Source: the human T2T-CHM13v2.0 reference genome, Homo sapiens. From it: a stretch of 64,000 bases of DNA. Below, piece after piece: positions 1-13,790 of the stretch (its first letter is position 1; every line of letters starts with the position of its first letter). The position numbers and the translations under genes were made by a program. The DNA lies in assembly GCA_009914755.4 (NCBI GenBank), contig CP086569.2, positions 61,344,001 to 61,408,000 on the forward strand, in the 5' to 3' direction. The notes under the pieces are model-generated. The model was not told the origin of the DNA, made no database searches, and worked only from the letters and a program-made list of their open reading frames with translations.

Positions 1-3000
1 TTCCATTCTATCTCAACACTTTCCATTCCACTCTGTTCGAGTCCATTCCATTCCAGTCCATTTAATTCAAGGGCATTCCATTCCATTCCATTCCATTCCA
101 TTTCATATTATTCCATTCCATTCAATTCCATTCCAGATGATTCCATTCCATTCTATACCATTGCTCTCTGTTCCATTCCATTCCATCTGTCTCCATTCCT
201 TTCGTTTCGATTCCTTTCCATTCCATTCCATTACATTTGATCCTATTTTATTAAATTGCATTCTATTCGAGTGATTTCCATTCGAGTCCTTTCCATTCGA
301 TTCCATTCCATTCTATTCCATTCCTTTGGATTCCATTCCATTCCGTTCCGTTCACATCAATTCCTTGTGATTCCATTACATTCGATTTCTTGCCATTCGA
401 TTCCATTCCTTTTGACTCCATTTCATTCGATTCCATTCCATTCCATTAATTTCCATTCCATTCGAGACCTTTCCATTGCAGTCTTTTACCTTCGAGTCCA
501 TTCCGTTCGATTCCCTTCCATTCGATTCCATTCCATTGGAGTCCGTACCAGTCGAGTCCATTCTATTCCAGTCCATTAGTTTCGACTCCATTGCATTCGA
601 GTGCATTCCATTCCGTGGCTGTCCATTCCATTCCGTTTGATGCCATTCCATACGATTCCATTCAATTCGAGACCATTCTATTCATGTCCATTCCTTGTGG
701 TTCGATTCCATTTCACTGTAGTCCATTCCATTCCATTCAATTCCATTCGACTCTATTCCGTTCCATTCAATTCCATTCCATTCGATTCCATTTTTTTCCA
801 GAACCTTCCATTACACTCCCTTCCATTCCAGTGCATTCCATTCCAGTCTCTTCAGTTCGATTCCATTCCATTCGTTTCGATTCCTTTCCATTCCAGTCCA
901 TTCCATTCCATTCCATTCCTTTCCTTTCCGTTTCATTAGATTCCATTGCATTCCATTCCATTCAATTCAATTCCGTGCTATTCAATTTGATTCATTTCCA
1001 TTTAATTCCATTCCATTAGATTCCATTCCGTACGATTCCATTCCTTTTGAATCCATTCCATTGGAGTCCATTCACTTCCAGAACATTCCATTCCAGTCGA
1101 ATCCATTCGAGTACATTCCATTAAAGTTCATTACGTTCTAATACATTCCATTCCATTGCATTCCATTCCATTGCATTCGATGCCATTCGATTCCATTCCA
1201 TGCCAAATCATTGCATTCCTTTCCATTCCGTTCCTATCAATTCCATTCCATTCGATTTAGTTCGATTCTATTCACTTCCATTCCATTCGATTCCATTCCA
1301 TTGGAGTCAATTCCTTTCGACACCCAGCCTTTCCAGTCAATGATTTTGGATTCCATTTTTTTGCATTCCATTACATTCTATGACATTCGATTCCGTTTCA
1401 TTGCATTCCATTCCATACATTTTTATTCCATTCGAGACCGTAGCATTCCACTTTATTCCAGGCCTGTCCATTACACTACATTCCCTTCCATTCCAATGAA
1501 TTCCATTCCATTCCAATCCATTCCTTTCCTTTCGCTTGCATTCCATTCTATTCCCTTCTACTGCATACAATTTCACACCATTCGTTCCCATTCCATTCAA
1601 TTCCATTCCATTCAATTCCATTCCATTTGTTTCCATTCTCTTCGATTCCATTTCTTTATATTCCATGCCATTCGATTCCGTTCTATTGGATTGCATTACA
1701 TTCGTGTTCATTCTATTCCAGACCATTCCATTTGACTCCATTCTTTTCGAGCCCTTTCAATTTGAGTCCATTCCTTTCCAGTCCATTTCACTCCTGTCCA
1801 TTACTATCCATTCCATACCATTCCATCCCATTGCATTCCATTCCATTCCATTCCATTCCATTCCATTGCATTCAATTCCATTCCCTTCCATTGCACTGCA
1901 CTCCATTCCATTACATTCTACTCTATCTGAGTCGGTTTTATTGCATTAGATTCTATTCCATTGGATTACTTTCCATTCGATTACATTCCATTCATGTACA
2001 TTGCATTCCAGTCAATTACATTCGAGTTCATTACATTACATTCCAGTATATTCCATTCTATTCGATCCCATTCCTTTCAATTCCATTTCATTCGACTCCA
2101 TTATATTCGATTCCATTCCACTCGAATCCATTCCATTAGAGGACATTCCATTCCAATGCATTCCATTCCATTCCATAGCATTCCATTGCATTCGATTCCA
2201 TTCCATTTGATGCCATTCCATTTGATGCCATTCCATGACATTCCATTCCATTCGAGTCCCTTCCGTTCCAATTCATTCCATTCCGTTTCATGAAATTCGA
2301 GTCCTTTCCAGTACATTTCATTCCAATCCCATCCAATCCAATCTACTCCATTCAATTCCTTTCCATTCCATTTGATTAGATTCCATTGATTTGATTCCAT
2401 TCAGTTTGATTCCATTCCGTGAAATTTTGTTCCATTCTATTCCATTGCATTACTTTCCATTCAATTCCATTCCATTTCATTTCAGTCCATTCGCTTCCTT
2501 TCCTTTCGATTCAATTCCATTTGATTCCACTCGATTCTATGGGATTTCATTCCAATCGATTCAATTCCATTCGATGACATTCCTTTCATTTCCATTCCAT
2601 TCGAGTCCATTCAATTTGAGCATTCGTGTCCATTCTATTCGAGTCCATTCCATTACCGTCTATTCTATTCCCTTCCATTCCTGTTGATTCAATTTCATTC
2701 CCTTCCATTCGATTCCTTTCCATTCGATTCCATTCCTTTCCATTCCATTCCATTCGTTCCCATTCCATGTGATTTCATTCCATTCCAGTCCATTATATTC
2801 GAGTCCACTCCACTCCATTCTATTACATTCAATTCCTTTTGAGTCCGTTCCATAACACTCCATTCATTTCGATTCCATTTCTTGCCAGTTTTCTTCCATT
2901 TTATTCCATTCCGTTCGATTCCATTCCATTCGATTGCATTCCATTCGAATCCTTTCCATTCCATTTCATTCCATTCCTTTCTATTCCATTCCATTTCATT

Positions 3001-3559
3001 CGATTTGATTCCATTCTGTTCTATTCCATTCAATTCTTTTTCATTCCATTCGAATCCTTTCTATTGCAGTCCATTCCATTCGAGTCCATTCCAATCCCTT
3101 CCATTCCATTCCATTACAGTCCATTCCAATAGATTCCATTCCTTTGCCTTCCATTCGAATCCATTCCATTCTAGTCCATTCCATTTGAGTCAATTCCATT
3201 CCATTCCATTCTATTCCTTTCCAATCCATTCGATTCCATTCGATTCAATTCCATTTGATTCTCTTTCATTCTATTTTATTCCATGCCATTTGATTGCATT
3301 GCATTCCATTCCGTTTGATTCCAGTCCATTCAAGAAAGTTCCATTCCAGTCCATTGCTTTCCAGTCCATTCCATTCCACTCTAGTCTATTCCACTCCATT
3401 CCTTTCCATTCCATTCCATACTATTCCATTCCATTCCTTTGCATTCCGTTTGCAATCTATTCGAGTCCATTGCATTCCAGTACAATCCATTCGATTACAT
3501 TCCTTTTGATTCCCTGCCAGTCGATTGCATTGCATACTACACCATTCCAAAGGAGTCCA
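1..3559 (+). repeat. DYZ1-like HOR unit 1 (3,559 bp; phase arbitrarily set to window start)
   Basis: The window-start motif ttccattctatctcaacactttcc recurs at 3560. It shares several private variants with unit 9 (see findings). Confidence 0.8.
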
Positions 3560-6500
3560 TTCCATTCTATCTCAACACTTTCCATTCCACTCTGTTCGAG
3601 TCCATTCCATTCCAGTCCATTTAATTCAAGGGCATTCCATTCCATTCCATTCCATTCCATTTCATATTATTCCATTCCATTCAATTCCATTCCAGATGAT
3701 TCCATTCCATTCTATACCATTGCTCTCTGTTCCATTCCATTCCATCTGTCTCCATTCCTTTCGTTTCGATTCCTTTCCATTCCATTCCATTACATTTGAT
3801 CCTATTTTATTAAATTGCATTCTATTCGAGTGATTTCCATTCGAGTCCTTTCCATTCGATTCCATTCCATTCTATTCCATTCCTTTGGATTCCATTCCAT
3901 TCCGTTCCGTTCACATCAATTCCTTGCGATTCCATTACATTCGATTTCTTGCCATTCGATTCCATTCCTTTTGACTCCATTTCATTCGATTCCATTCCAT
4001 TCCATTAATTTCCATTCCATTCGAGACCTTTCCATTGCAGTCTTTTCCCTTCGAGTCCATTCCGTTCGATTCCCTTCCATTCGATTCCATTCCATTGGAG
4101 TCCGTACCAGTCGAGTCCATTCTATTCCAGTCCATTAGTTTCGACTCCATTGCATTCGAGTGCATTCCATTCCGTGGCTGTCCATTCCATTCCGTTTGAT
4201 GCCATTCCATACAATTCCATTCAATTCGAGACCATTCTATTCCTGTCCATTCCTTGTGGTTCGATTCCATTTCACTCTAGTCCATTCCATTCCATTCAAT
4301 TCCATTCGACTCTATTCCGTTCCATTCAATTCCATTCCATTCGATTCCATTTTTTTCGAGAACCTTCCATTACACTCCCTTCCATTCCAGTGCATTCCAT
4401 TCCAGTCTCTTCAGTTCGATTCCATTCCATTCGTTTCGATTCCTTTCCATTCCAGCCCATTCCATTCCATTCCATTCCTTTCCTTTCCGTTTCATTAGAT
4501 TCCATTGCATTCCATTACATTCAATTCAATTCCGTGCTATTCAATTTGATTCATTTCCATTTAATTCCATTCCATTAGATTCCATTCCGTACGATTCCAT
4601 TCCTTTTGAATCCATTCCATTGGAGTCCATTCACTTCCAGAACATTCCATTCCAGTCGAATCCATTCGAGTACATTCCATTAAAGTTCATTACATTCTAA
4701 TACATTCCATTCCATTGCATTCCATACCATTCCATTCGATGCCATTCGATTCCATTCCATGCCAAATCATTGCATTCCTTTCCATTCCGTTCCTATCAAT
4801 TCCATTCCATTCGATTTAGTTCGATTCTATTCACTTCCATTCCATTCGATTCCATTCCATTGGAGTCAATTCCTTTCGACACCCAGCCTTTCCAGTCAAT
4901 GATTTTGGATTCCATTTTGTTGCATTCCATTACATTCTATGACATTCGATTCCGTTTCATTGCATTCCATTCCATACATTTTTATTCCATTCGAGACCGT
5001 AGCATTCCACTTTATTCCAGGCCTGTCCATTACACTACATTCCCTTCCATTCCAATGAATTCCATTCCATTCCAATCCATTCCTTTCCTTTCGCTTGCAT
5101 TCCATTCTATTCCCTTCTACTGCATACAATTTCACTCCATTCGTTCCCATTCCATTCAATTCCATTCCATTCAATTCCATTCCACTTGTTTCCATTCTCT
5201 TCGATTCCATTTCTTTATATTCCATGCATTCGATTCCATTCTATTGGATTGCATTACATTCGTGTTCATTCCATTCCAGACCATTCCATTTGACTCCATT
5301 CCTTTCGAGCCCTTTCAATTTGAGTCCATTCCTTTCCAGTCCATTTCACTCCAGTCCATTACTATCCATTCCATACCATTCCATCCCATTCCATTCCATT
5401 CCATTCCATTCCATTCCATTCCATTCCATTCCATTGCATTCCATTCCATTCCATTCCATTGCACTGCACTCCATTCCATTACATTCTACTCTATCTGAGT
5501 CGATTTTATTGCATTAGATTCTATTCCATTGGATTACTTTCCATTCGATTACATTCCATTCATGTACATTCCATTCCAGTCAATTACATTCGAGTTCATT
5601 ACATTACATTCCAGTATATTCCATTGTATTCGATCCCATTCCTTTCAATTCCATTTCATTCGACTCCATTTTATTCGATTCCATTCCACTCGAATCCATT
5701 CCATTAGAGGACATTCCATTCCAATGCATTCCATTCCATTCCATAGCATTCCATTGCATTCGATTCCATTCCATTTGATGCCATTCCATTTGATGCCATT
5801 CCATGACATTCCATTCCATTCGAGTCCGTTCCGTTCCAATTCATTCCATTCCGTTTCATGAAATTCGAGTCCTTTCCAGTACATTTCATTCCAATCCCAT
5901 CCAATCCAATCTACTCCATTCAATTCCTTTCCATTCCATTTGATTAGATTCCATTGATTTGATTCCATTCAGTTTGATTCCATTCCGTGAAATTTCGTTC
6001 CATTCTATTCCATTGCATTACTTTCCATTCAATTCCATTCCATTTCATTTCAGTCCATTCGCTTCCTTTCCTTTCGATTCAATTCCATTTGATTCCACTC
6101 CATTCTATGCGATTTCATTCCAATCGATTCAATTCCATTCGATGACATTCCTTTCGTTTCCATTCCATTCGAGTCCATTCAATTTGAGCATTCGTGTCCA
6201 TTCTATTCGAGTCCATTCCATTACCGTCTATTCTATTCCCTTCCATTCCTGTTGATTCAATTTCATTCCCTTCCATTCGATTCCTTTCCATTCGATTCCA
6301 TTCCTTTCCATTCCATTCCATTCGTTCCCATTCCATGTGATTTCATTCCATTCCAGTCCATTATATTCGAGTCCACTCCACTCCATTCTATTACATTCAA
6401 TTCCTTTTGAGTCCGTTCCATAACACTCCATTCATTTCGATTCCATTTCTTGCCAGTTTTCTTCCATTTTATTCCATTCCGTTCGATTCCATTCCATTCG

Positions 6501-7127
6501 ATTGCATTCCATTCGAATCCTTTCCATTCCATTTCATTCCATTCCTTTCTATTCCATTCCATTTCATTCGATTTGATTCCATTCTGTTCTATTCCATTCA
6601 ATTCTTTTTCATTCCATTCGAATCCTTTCTATTGCAGTCCATTCCATTCGAGTCCATTCCAATCCCTTCCATTCCATTCCATTACAGTCCATTCCAATAG
6701 ATTCCATTCCTTTGCCTTCCATTCGAATCCATTCCATTCTAGTCCATTCCATTTGAGTCAATTCCATTCCATTCCATTCTATTCCTTTCCAATCCATTCG
6801 ATTCCATTCGATTCAATTCCATTTGATTCTCTTTCATTCTATTTTATTCCATGCCATTTGATTGCATTGCATTCCATTCCGTTTGATTCCAGTCCATTCA
6901 AGAAAGTTCCATTCCAGTCCATTGCTTTCCAGTCCATTCCATTCCACTCTAGTCTATTCCACTCCATTCCTTTCCATTCCATTCCATACTATTCCATTCC
7001 ATTCCTTTGCATTCCGTTTCCAATCTATTCGAGTCCATTGCATTCCAGTCCAGTCCATTCCATTACATTCCTTTTGATTCCCTGCCAGTCGATTGCATTG
7101 CATACTAGACCATTCCAAAGGAGTCCA
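3560..7127 (+). repeat. DYZ1-like HOR unit 2 (3,568 bp)
   Basis: Boundaries come from the recurrence of the unit-start motif and marker ORFs (3662 -> 7230). Confidence 0.8.
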
Positions 7128-10100
7128 TTCCATTCTATCTCAACACTTTCCATTCCACTCTGTTCGAGTCCATTCCATTCCAGTCCATTTAATTCACGGG
7201 CATTCCATTCCATTCCATTCCATTCCATTTCATATTATTCCATTCCATTCAATTCCATTCCAGATGATTCCATTCCATTCTATACCATTGCTCTCTGTTC
7301 CATTCCATTCCATCTGTCTCCATTCCTTTCGTTTCGATTCCTTTCCATTCCATTCCATTACATTTGATCCTATTTTATTAAATTGCATTCTATTCGAGTG
7401 ATTTCCATTCGAGTCCTTTCCATTCGATTCCATTCCATTCTATTCCATTCCTTTGGATTCCATTCCATTCCGTTCCGTTCACATCAATTCCTTGCGATTC
7501 CATTACATTCGATTTCTTGCCATTCGATTCCATTCCTTTTGACTCCATTTCATTCGATTCCATTCCATTCCATTAATTTCCATTCCATTCGAGACCTTTC
7601 CATTGCAGTCTTTTCCCTTCGAGTCCATTCCGATCGATTCCCTTCCATTCGATTCCATTCCATTGGAGTCCGTACCAGTCGAGTCCATTCTATTCCAGTC
7701 CATTAGTTTCGACTCCATTGCATTCGAGTGCATTCCATTCCGTGGCTGTCCATTCCATTCCGTTTGATGCCATTCCATACGATTCCATTCAATTCGAGAC
7801 CATTCTATTCCTGTCCATTCCTTGTGGTTCGATTCCATTTCACTCTAGTCCATTCCATTCCATTCAATTCCATTCGACTCTATTCCGTTCCATTCAATTC
7901 CATTCCATTCGATTCCATTTTTTTCGAGAACCTTCCATTACACTCCCTTCCATTCCAGTGCATTCCATTCCAGTCTCTTCAGTTCGATTCCATTCCATTC
8001 GTTTCGATTCCTTTCCATTCCAGCCCATTCCATTCCATTCCATTCCTTTCCTTTCCGTTTCATTAGATTCCATTGCATTCCATTCCATTCAATTCAATTC
8101 CGTGCTATTCAATTTGATTCATTTCCATTTAATTCCATTCCATTAGATTCCATTCCGTACGATTCCATTCCTTTTGAATCCATTCCATTGGAGTCCATTC
8201 ACTTCCAGAACATTCCATTCCAGTCGAATCCATTCGAGTACATTCCATTAAAGTTCATTACATTCTAATACATTCCATTCCATTGCATTCCATTCGATTC
8301 CATTCGATGCCATTCCATTCCATTCCATGCCAAATCATTGCATTCCTTTCCATTCCGTTCCTATCAATTCCATTCCATTCGATTTAGTTCGATTCTATTC
8401 ACTTCCATTCCATTCGATTCCATTCCATTGGAGTCAATTCCTTTCGACACCCAGCCTTTCCAGTCAATGATTTTGGATTCCATTTTGTTGCATTCCATTA
8501 CATTCTATGACATTCGATTCCGTTTCATTGCATTCCATTCCATACATTTTTATTCCATTCGAGACCGTAGCATTCCACTTTATTCCAGGCCTGTCCATTA
8601 CACTACATTCCCTTCCATTCCAATGAATTCCATTCCATTCCAATCCATTCCTTTCCTTTCGCTTGCATTCCATTCTATTCTCTTCTACTGCATACAATTT
8701 CACTCCATTCGTTCCCATTCCATTCAATTCCATTCCACTCAATTCCATTCCATTTGTTTCCATTCTCTTCGATTCCATTTCTTTATATTCCATGCCATTC
8801 GATTCCATTCTATTGGATTGCATTACATTCGTGTTCATTCCATTCCAGACCATTCCATTTGACTCCATTCCTTTCGAGCCCTTTCAATTTGAGTCCATTC
8901 CTTTCCAGTCCATTTCACTCCAGTCCATTACTATCCATTCCACACCATTCCATTCCATTCCATTCCATTCCATTCCATTCCATTGCATTCCATTCCATTC
9001 CATTCCATTGCACTGCACTCCATTCCATTACATTCTACTCTATCTGAGTCGATTTTATTGCATTAGATTCTATTCCATTGGATTACTTTCCATTCGATTA
9101 CATTCCATTCATGTACATTCCATTCCAGTCAATTACATTCGAGTTCATTACGTTACATTCCAGTATATTCCATTGTATTCGATCCCATTCCTTTCAATTC
9201 CATTTCATTCGACTCCATTATATTCGATTCCATTCCACTCGAATCCATTCCATTAGAGGACATTCCATTCCAATGCATTCCATTCCATTCCATAGCATTC
9301 CATTGCATTCGATTCCATTCCATTTGATGCCATTCCATTTGATGCCATTCCATGACATTCCATTCCATTCGAGTCCGTTCCGTTCCAATTCATTCCATTC
9401 CGTTTCATGAAATTCGAGTCCTTTCCAGTACATTTCATTCCAATCCCATCCAATCCAATCTACTCCATTCAATTCCTTTCCATTCCATTTGATTAGATTC
9501 CATTGATTTGATTCCATTCAGTTTGATTTCATTCCGTGAAATTTCGTTCCATTCTATTCCATTGCATTACTTTCCATTCAATTCCATTCCATTTCATTTC
9601 AGTCCATTCGCTTCCTTTCCTTTCGATTCAATTCCATTTGATTCCACTCCATTCTATGCGATTTCATTCCAATCGATTCAATTCCATTCGATGACATTCC
9701 TTTCGTTTCCATTCCATTCGAGTCCATTCAATTTGAGCATTCGTGTCCATTCTATTCGAGTCCATTCCATTACCGTCTATTCCATTCCCTTCCATTCCTG
9801 TTGATTCAATTTCATTCCCTTCCATTCGATCCCTTTCCATTCGATTCCGTTCCTTTCCATTCCATTCCATTCGTTCCCATTCCATGTGATTTCATTCCAT
9901 TCCAGTCCATTATATTCGAGTCCACTCCACTCCATTCTATTACATTCAATTCCTTTTGAGTCCGTTCCATAACACTCCATTCATTTCGATTCCATTTCTT
10001 GCCAGTTTTCTTCCATTTTATTCCATTCCGTTCGATTCCATTCCATTCGATTGCATTCCATTCGAATCCTTTCCATTCCATTTCATTCCATTCCTTTCCA

Positions 10101-10676
10101 TTCCATTCCATTTCATTCGATTTGATTCCATTCTGTTCTATTCCATTCAATTCTTTTTCATTCCATTCGAATCCTTTCTATTGCAGTCCATTCCATTCGA
10201 GTCCATTCCAATCCCTTCCATTCCATTCCATTACAGTCCATTCCAATAGATTCCATTCCTTTGCCTTCCATTCGAATCCATTCCATTCTAGTCCATTCCA
10301 TTTGAGTCAATTCCATTCCATTCCATTCTATTCCTTTCCAATCCATTCGATTCCATTCGATTCAATTCCATTTGATTCTCTTTCATTCTATTTTATTCCA
10401 TGCCATTTGATTGCATTGCATTCCATTCCGTTTGATTCCAGTCCATTCAAGAAAGTTCCATTCCAGTCCATTGCTTTCCAGTCCATTCCATTCCACTCTA
10501 GTCTATTCAACTCCATTCCTTTCCATTCCATTCCATACTATTCCATTCCATTCCTTTGCATTCCGTTTCCAATCTATTCGAGTCCATTGCATTCCAGTCC
10601 AATCCATTCGATTACATTCCTTTTGATTCCCTGCCAGTCGATTGCATTGCATACTACACCATTCCAAAGGAGTCCA
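7128..10676 (+). repeat. DYZ1-like HOR unit 3 (3,549 bp)
   Basis: Marker recurrence 7230 -> 10779. Confidence 0.8.
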
Positions 10677-13600
10677 TTCCATTCTATCTCAACACTTTCC
10701 ATTCCACTCTGTTCGAGTCCATTCCATTCCAGTCCATTTAATTCAAGGGCATTCCATTCCATTCCATTCCATTCCATTTCATATTATTCCATTCCATTCA
10801 ATTCCATTCCAGATGATTCCATTCCATTCTATACCATTGCTCTCTGTTCCATTCCATTCCATCTGTCTCCATTCCTTTCGTTTCGATTCCTTTCCATTCC
10901 ATTCCATTACATTTGATCCTATTTTATTAAATTGCATTCTATTCGAGTGATTTCCATTCGAGTCCTTTCCATTCGATTCCATTCCATTCTATTCCATTCC
11001 TTTGGATTCCATTCCATTCCGTTCCGTTCACATCAATTCCTTGTGATTCCATTACATTCGATTTCTTGCCATTCGATTCCATTCCTTTTGACTCCATTTC
11101 ATTCGATTCCATTCCATTCCATTAATTTCCATTCCATTCGAGACCTTTCCATTGCAGTCTTTTCCCTTCGAGTCCATTCCGTTCGATTCCCTTCCATTCG
11201 ATTCCATTCCATTGGAGTCCGTACCAGTCGAGTCCATTCTATTCCAGTCCATTAGTTTCGACTCCATTGCATTCGAGTGCATTCCATTCCGTGGCTGTCC
11301 ATTCCATTCCGTTTGATGCCATTCCATACGATTCCATTCAATTCGAGACCATTCTATTCCTGTCCATTCCTTGTGGTTCGATTCCATTTCACTCTAGTCC
11401 ATTCCATTCCATTCAATTCCATTCGACTCTATTCCGTTCCATTCAATTCCATTCCATTCGATTCCATTTTTTTCGAGAACCTTCCATTACACTCCCTTCC
11501 ATTCCAGTGCATTCCATTCCAGTCTCTTCAGTTCGATTCCATTCCATTCGTTTCGATTCCTTTCCATTCCAGCCCATTCCATTCCATTCCATTCCTTTCC
11601 TTTCCGTTTCATTAGATTCCATTGCATTCCATTCCATTCAATTCAATTCCGTGCTATTCAATTTGATTCATTTCCATTTAATTCCATTCCATTAGATTCC
11701 ATTCCGTACGATTCCATTCCTTTTGAATCCATTCCATTGGAGTCCATTCACTTCCAGAACATTCCATTCCAGTCGAATCCATTCGAGTACATTCCATTAA
11801 AGTTCATTACATTCTAATACATTCCATTCCATTGCATTCCATTCCATTCCATTCGATGCCATTCGATTCCATTCCATGCCAAATCATTGCATTCCTTTCC
11901 ATTCCGTTCCTATCAATTCCATTACATTCGATTTAGTTCGATTCTATTCACTTCCATTCCATTCGATTCCATTCCATTGGAGTCAATTCCTTTCGACACC
12001 CAGCCTTTCCAGTCAATGATTTTGGATTCCATTTTTTTGCATTCCATTACATTCTATGACATTCGATTCCGTTTCATTGCATTCCATTCCATACATTTTT
12101 ATTCCATTCGAGACCGTAGCATTCCACTTTATTCCAGGCCTGTCCATTACACTACATTCCCTTCCATTCCAATGAATTCCAATCCATTCCAATCCATTCT
12201 TTTCCTTTCGCTTGCATTCCATTCTATTCTCTTCTACTGCATACAATTTCACTCCATTCGTTCCCATTCCATTCAATTCCATTCCATTAAATTCCATTCC
12301 ATTTGTTTCCATTCTCTTCGATTCCATTTCTTTATATTCCATGCCATTCGATTCCATTCTATTGGGTTGCATTACATTCGTGTTCATTCCATTCCAGACC
12401 ATTCCATTTGACTCCATTCCTTTCGAGCCCTTTCAATTTGAGTCCATTCCTTTCCAGTCCATTTCACTCCAGTCCATTACTATCCATTCCATACAATTCC
12501 ATCCCATTCCATTCCATTCCATTCCATCCCATTCCATTCCATTCCATTGCATTCCATTCCATTCCATTCCATTGCACTGCACTCCATTCCATTACATTCT
12601 ACTCTATCTGAGTCGATTTTATTGCATTAGATTCTATTCCATTGGATTACTTTCCATTCGATTACATTCCATTCATGTACATTCCATTCCAGTCAATTAC
12701 ATTCGAGTTCATTACGTTACATTCCAGTATATTACATTGTATTCGATCCCATTCCTTTCAATTCCATTTCATTCGACTCCATTATATTCGATTCCATTCC
12801 ACTCGAATCCATTCTATTAGAGGACATTCCATTCCAATGCATTCCATTCCATTCCATAGCATTCCATTGCATTCGATTCCATTCCATTTGATGCCATTCC
12901 ATTTGATGCCATTCCATGACATTCCATTCCATTCGAGTCCATTCCGTTCCAATTCATTCCATTCCGTTTCATGAAATTCGAGTCCTTTCCAGTACATTTC
13001 ATTCCAATCCCATCCAATCCAATCTACTCCATTCAATTCCTTTCCATTCCATTTGATTTGATTCCATTGATTTGATTCCATTCAGTTTGATTCCATTACG
13101 TGAAATTTCGTTCCATTCTATTCCATTGCATTACTTTCCATTCAATTCCATTCCATTTCATTTCAGTCCATTCGCTTCCTTTCCTTTCGATTCAATTCCA
13201 TTTGATTCCACTCCATTCTATGCGATTTCATTCCAATCGATTCAATTCCATTCGATGACATTCCTTTCGTTTCCATTCCATTCGAGTCCATTTAATTTGA
13301 GCATTCGTGTCCATTCTATTCGAGTCCATTCCATTACAGTCTATTCTATTCCCTTCCATTCCTGTTGATTCACTTTCATTCCCTTCCATTCGATTCCTTT
13401 CCATTCGATTCCATTCCTTTCCATTCCATTCCATTCGTTCCCATTCCATGTGATTTCATTCCATTCCAGTCCATTATATTCGAGTCCACTCCACTCCATT
13501 CTATTACATTCAATTCCTTTTGAGTCCCTTCCATAACACTCCATTCATTTCGATTCCATTTCTTGCCAGTTTTCTTCCATTTTATTCCATTCCGTTCGAC

Positions 13601-13790
13601 TCAATTCCATTCGATTGCATTCCATTAGAATCCTTTCCATTCCATTTCTTTCCATTCCATACTATTCCATTCCATTCCTTTGCATTCCGTTTCCAATCTA
13701 TTCGAGTCCATTGCATTCCAGTCCAATCCATTCCATTACATTCCTTTTGATTCCCTGCCAGTCGATTGCATTGCATACTAGACCATTCCA
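10677..13790 (+). repeat. DYZ1-like HOR unit 4, a deletion variant (3,114 bp; ~445 bp internal deletion with junction near 13,645)
   Basis: Marker spacing 10779 -> 13893 is 3,114 bp. At ~13,640-13,650 the sequence jumps from ...ccattccatttc directly to tttccattccatactattcc..., which lies ~445 bp downstream in intact units. The ORF track shows the corresponding fused ORFs (13520..13750, 13615..14064). Confidence 0.8.
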
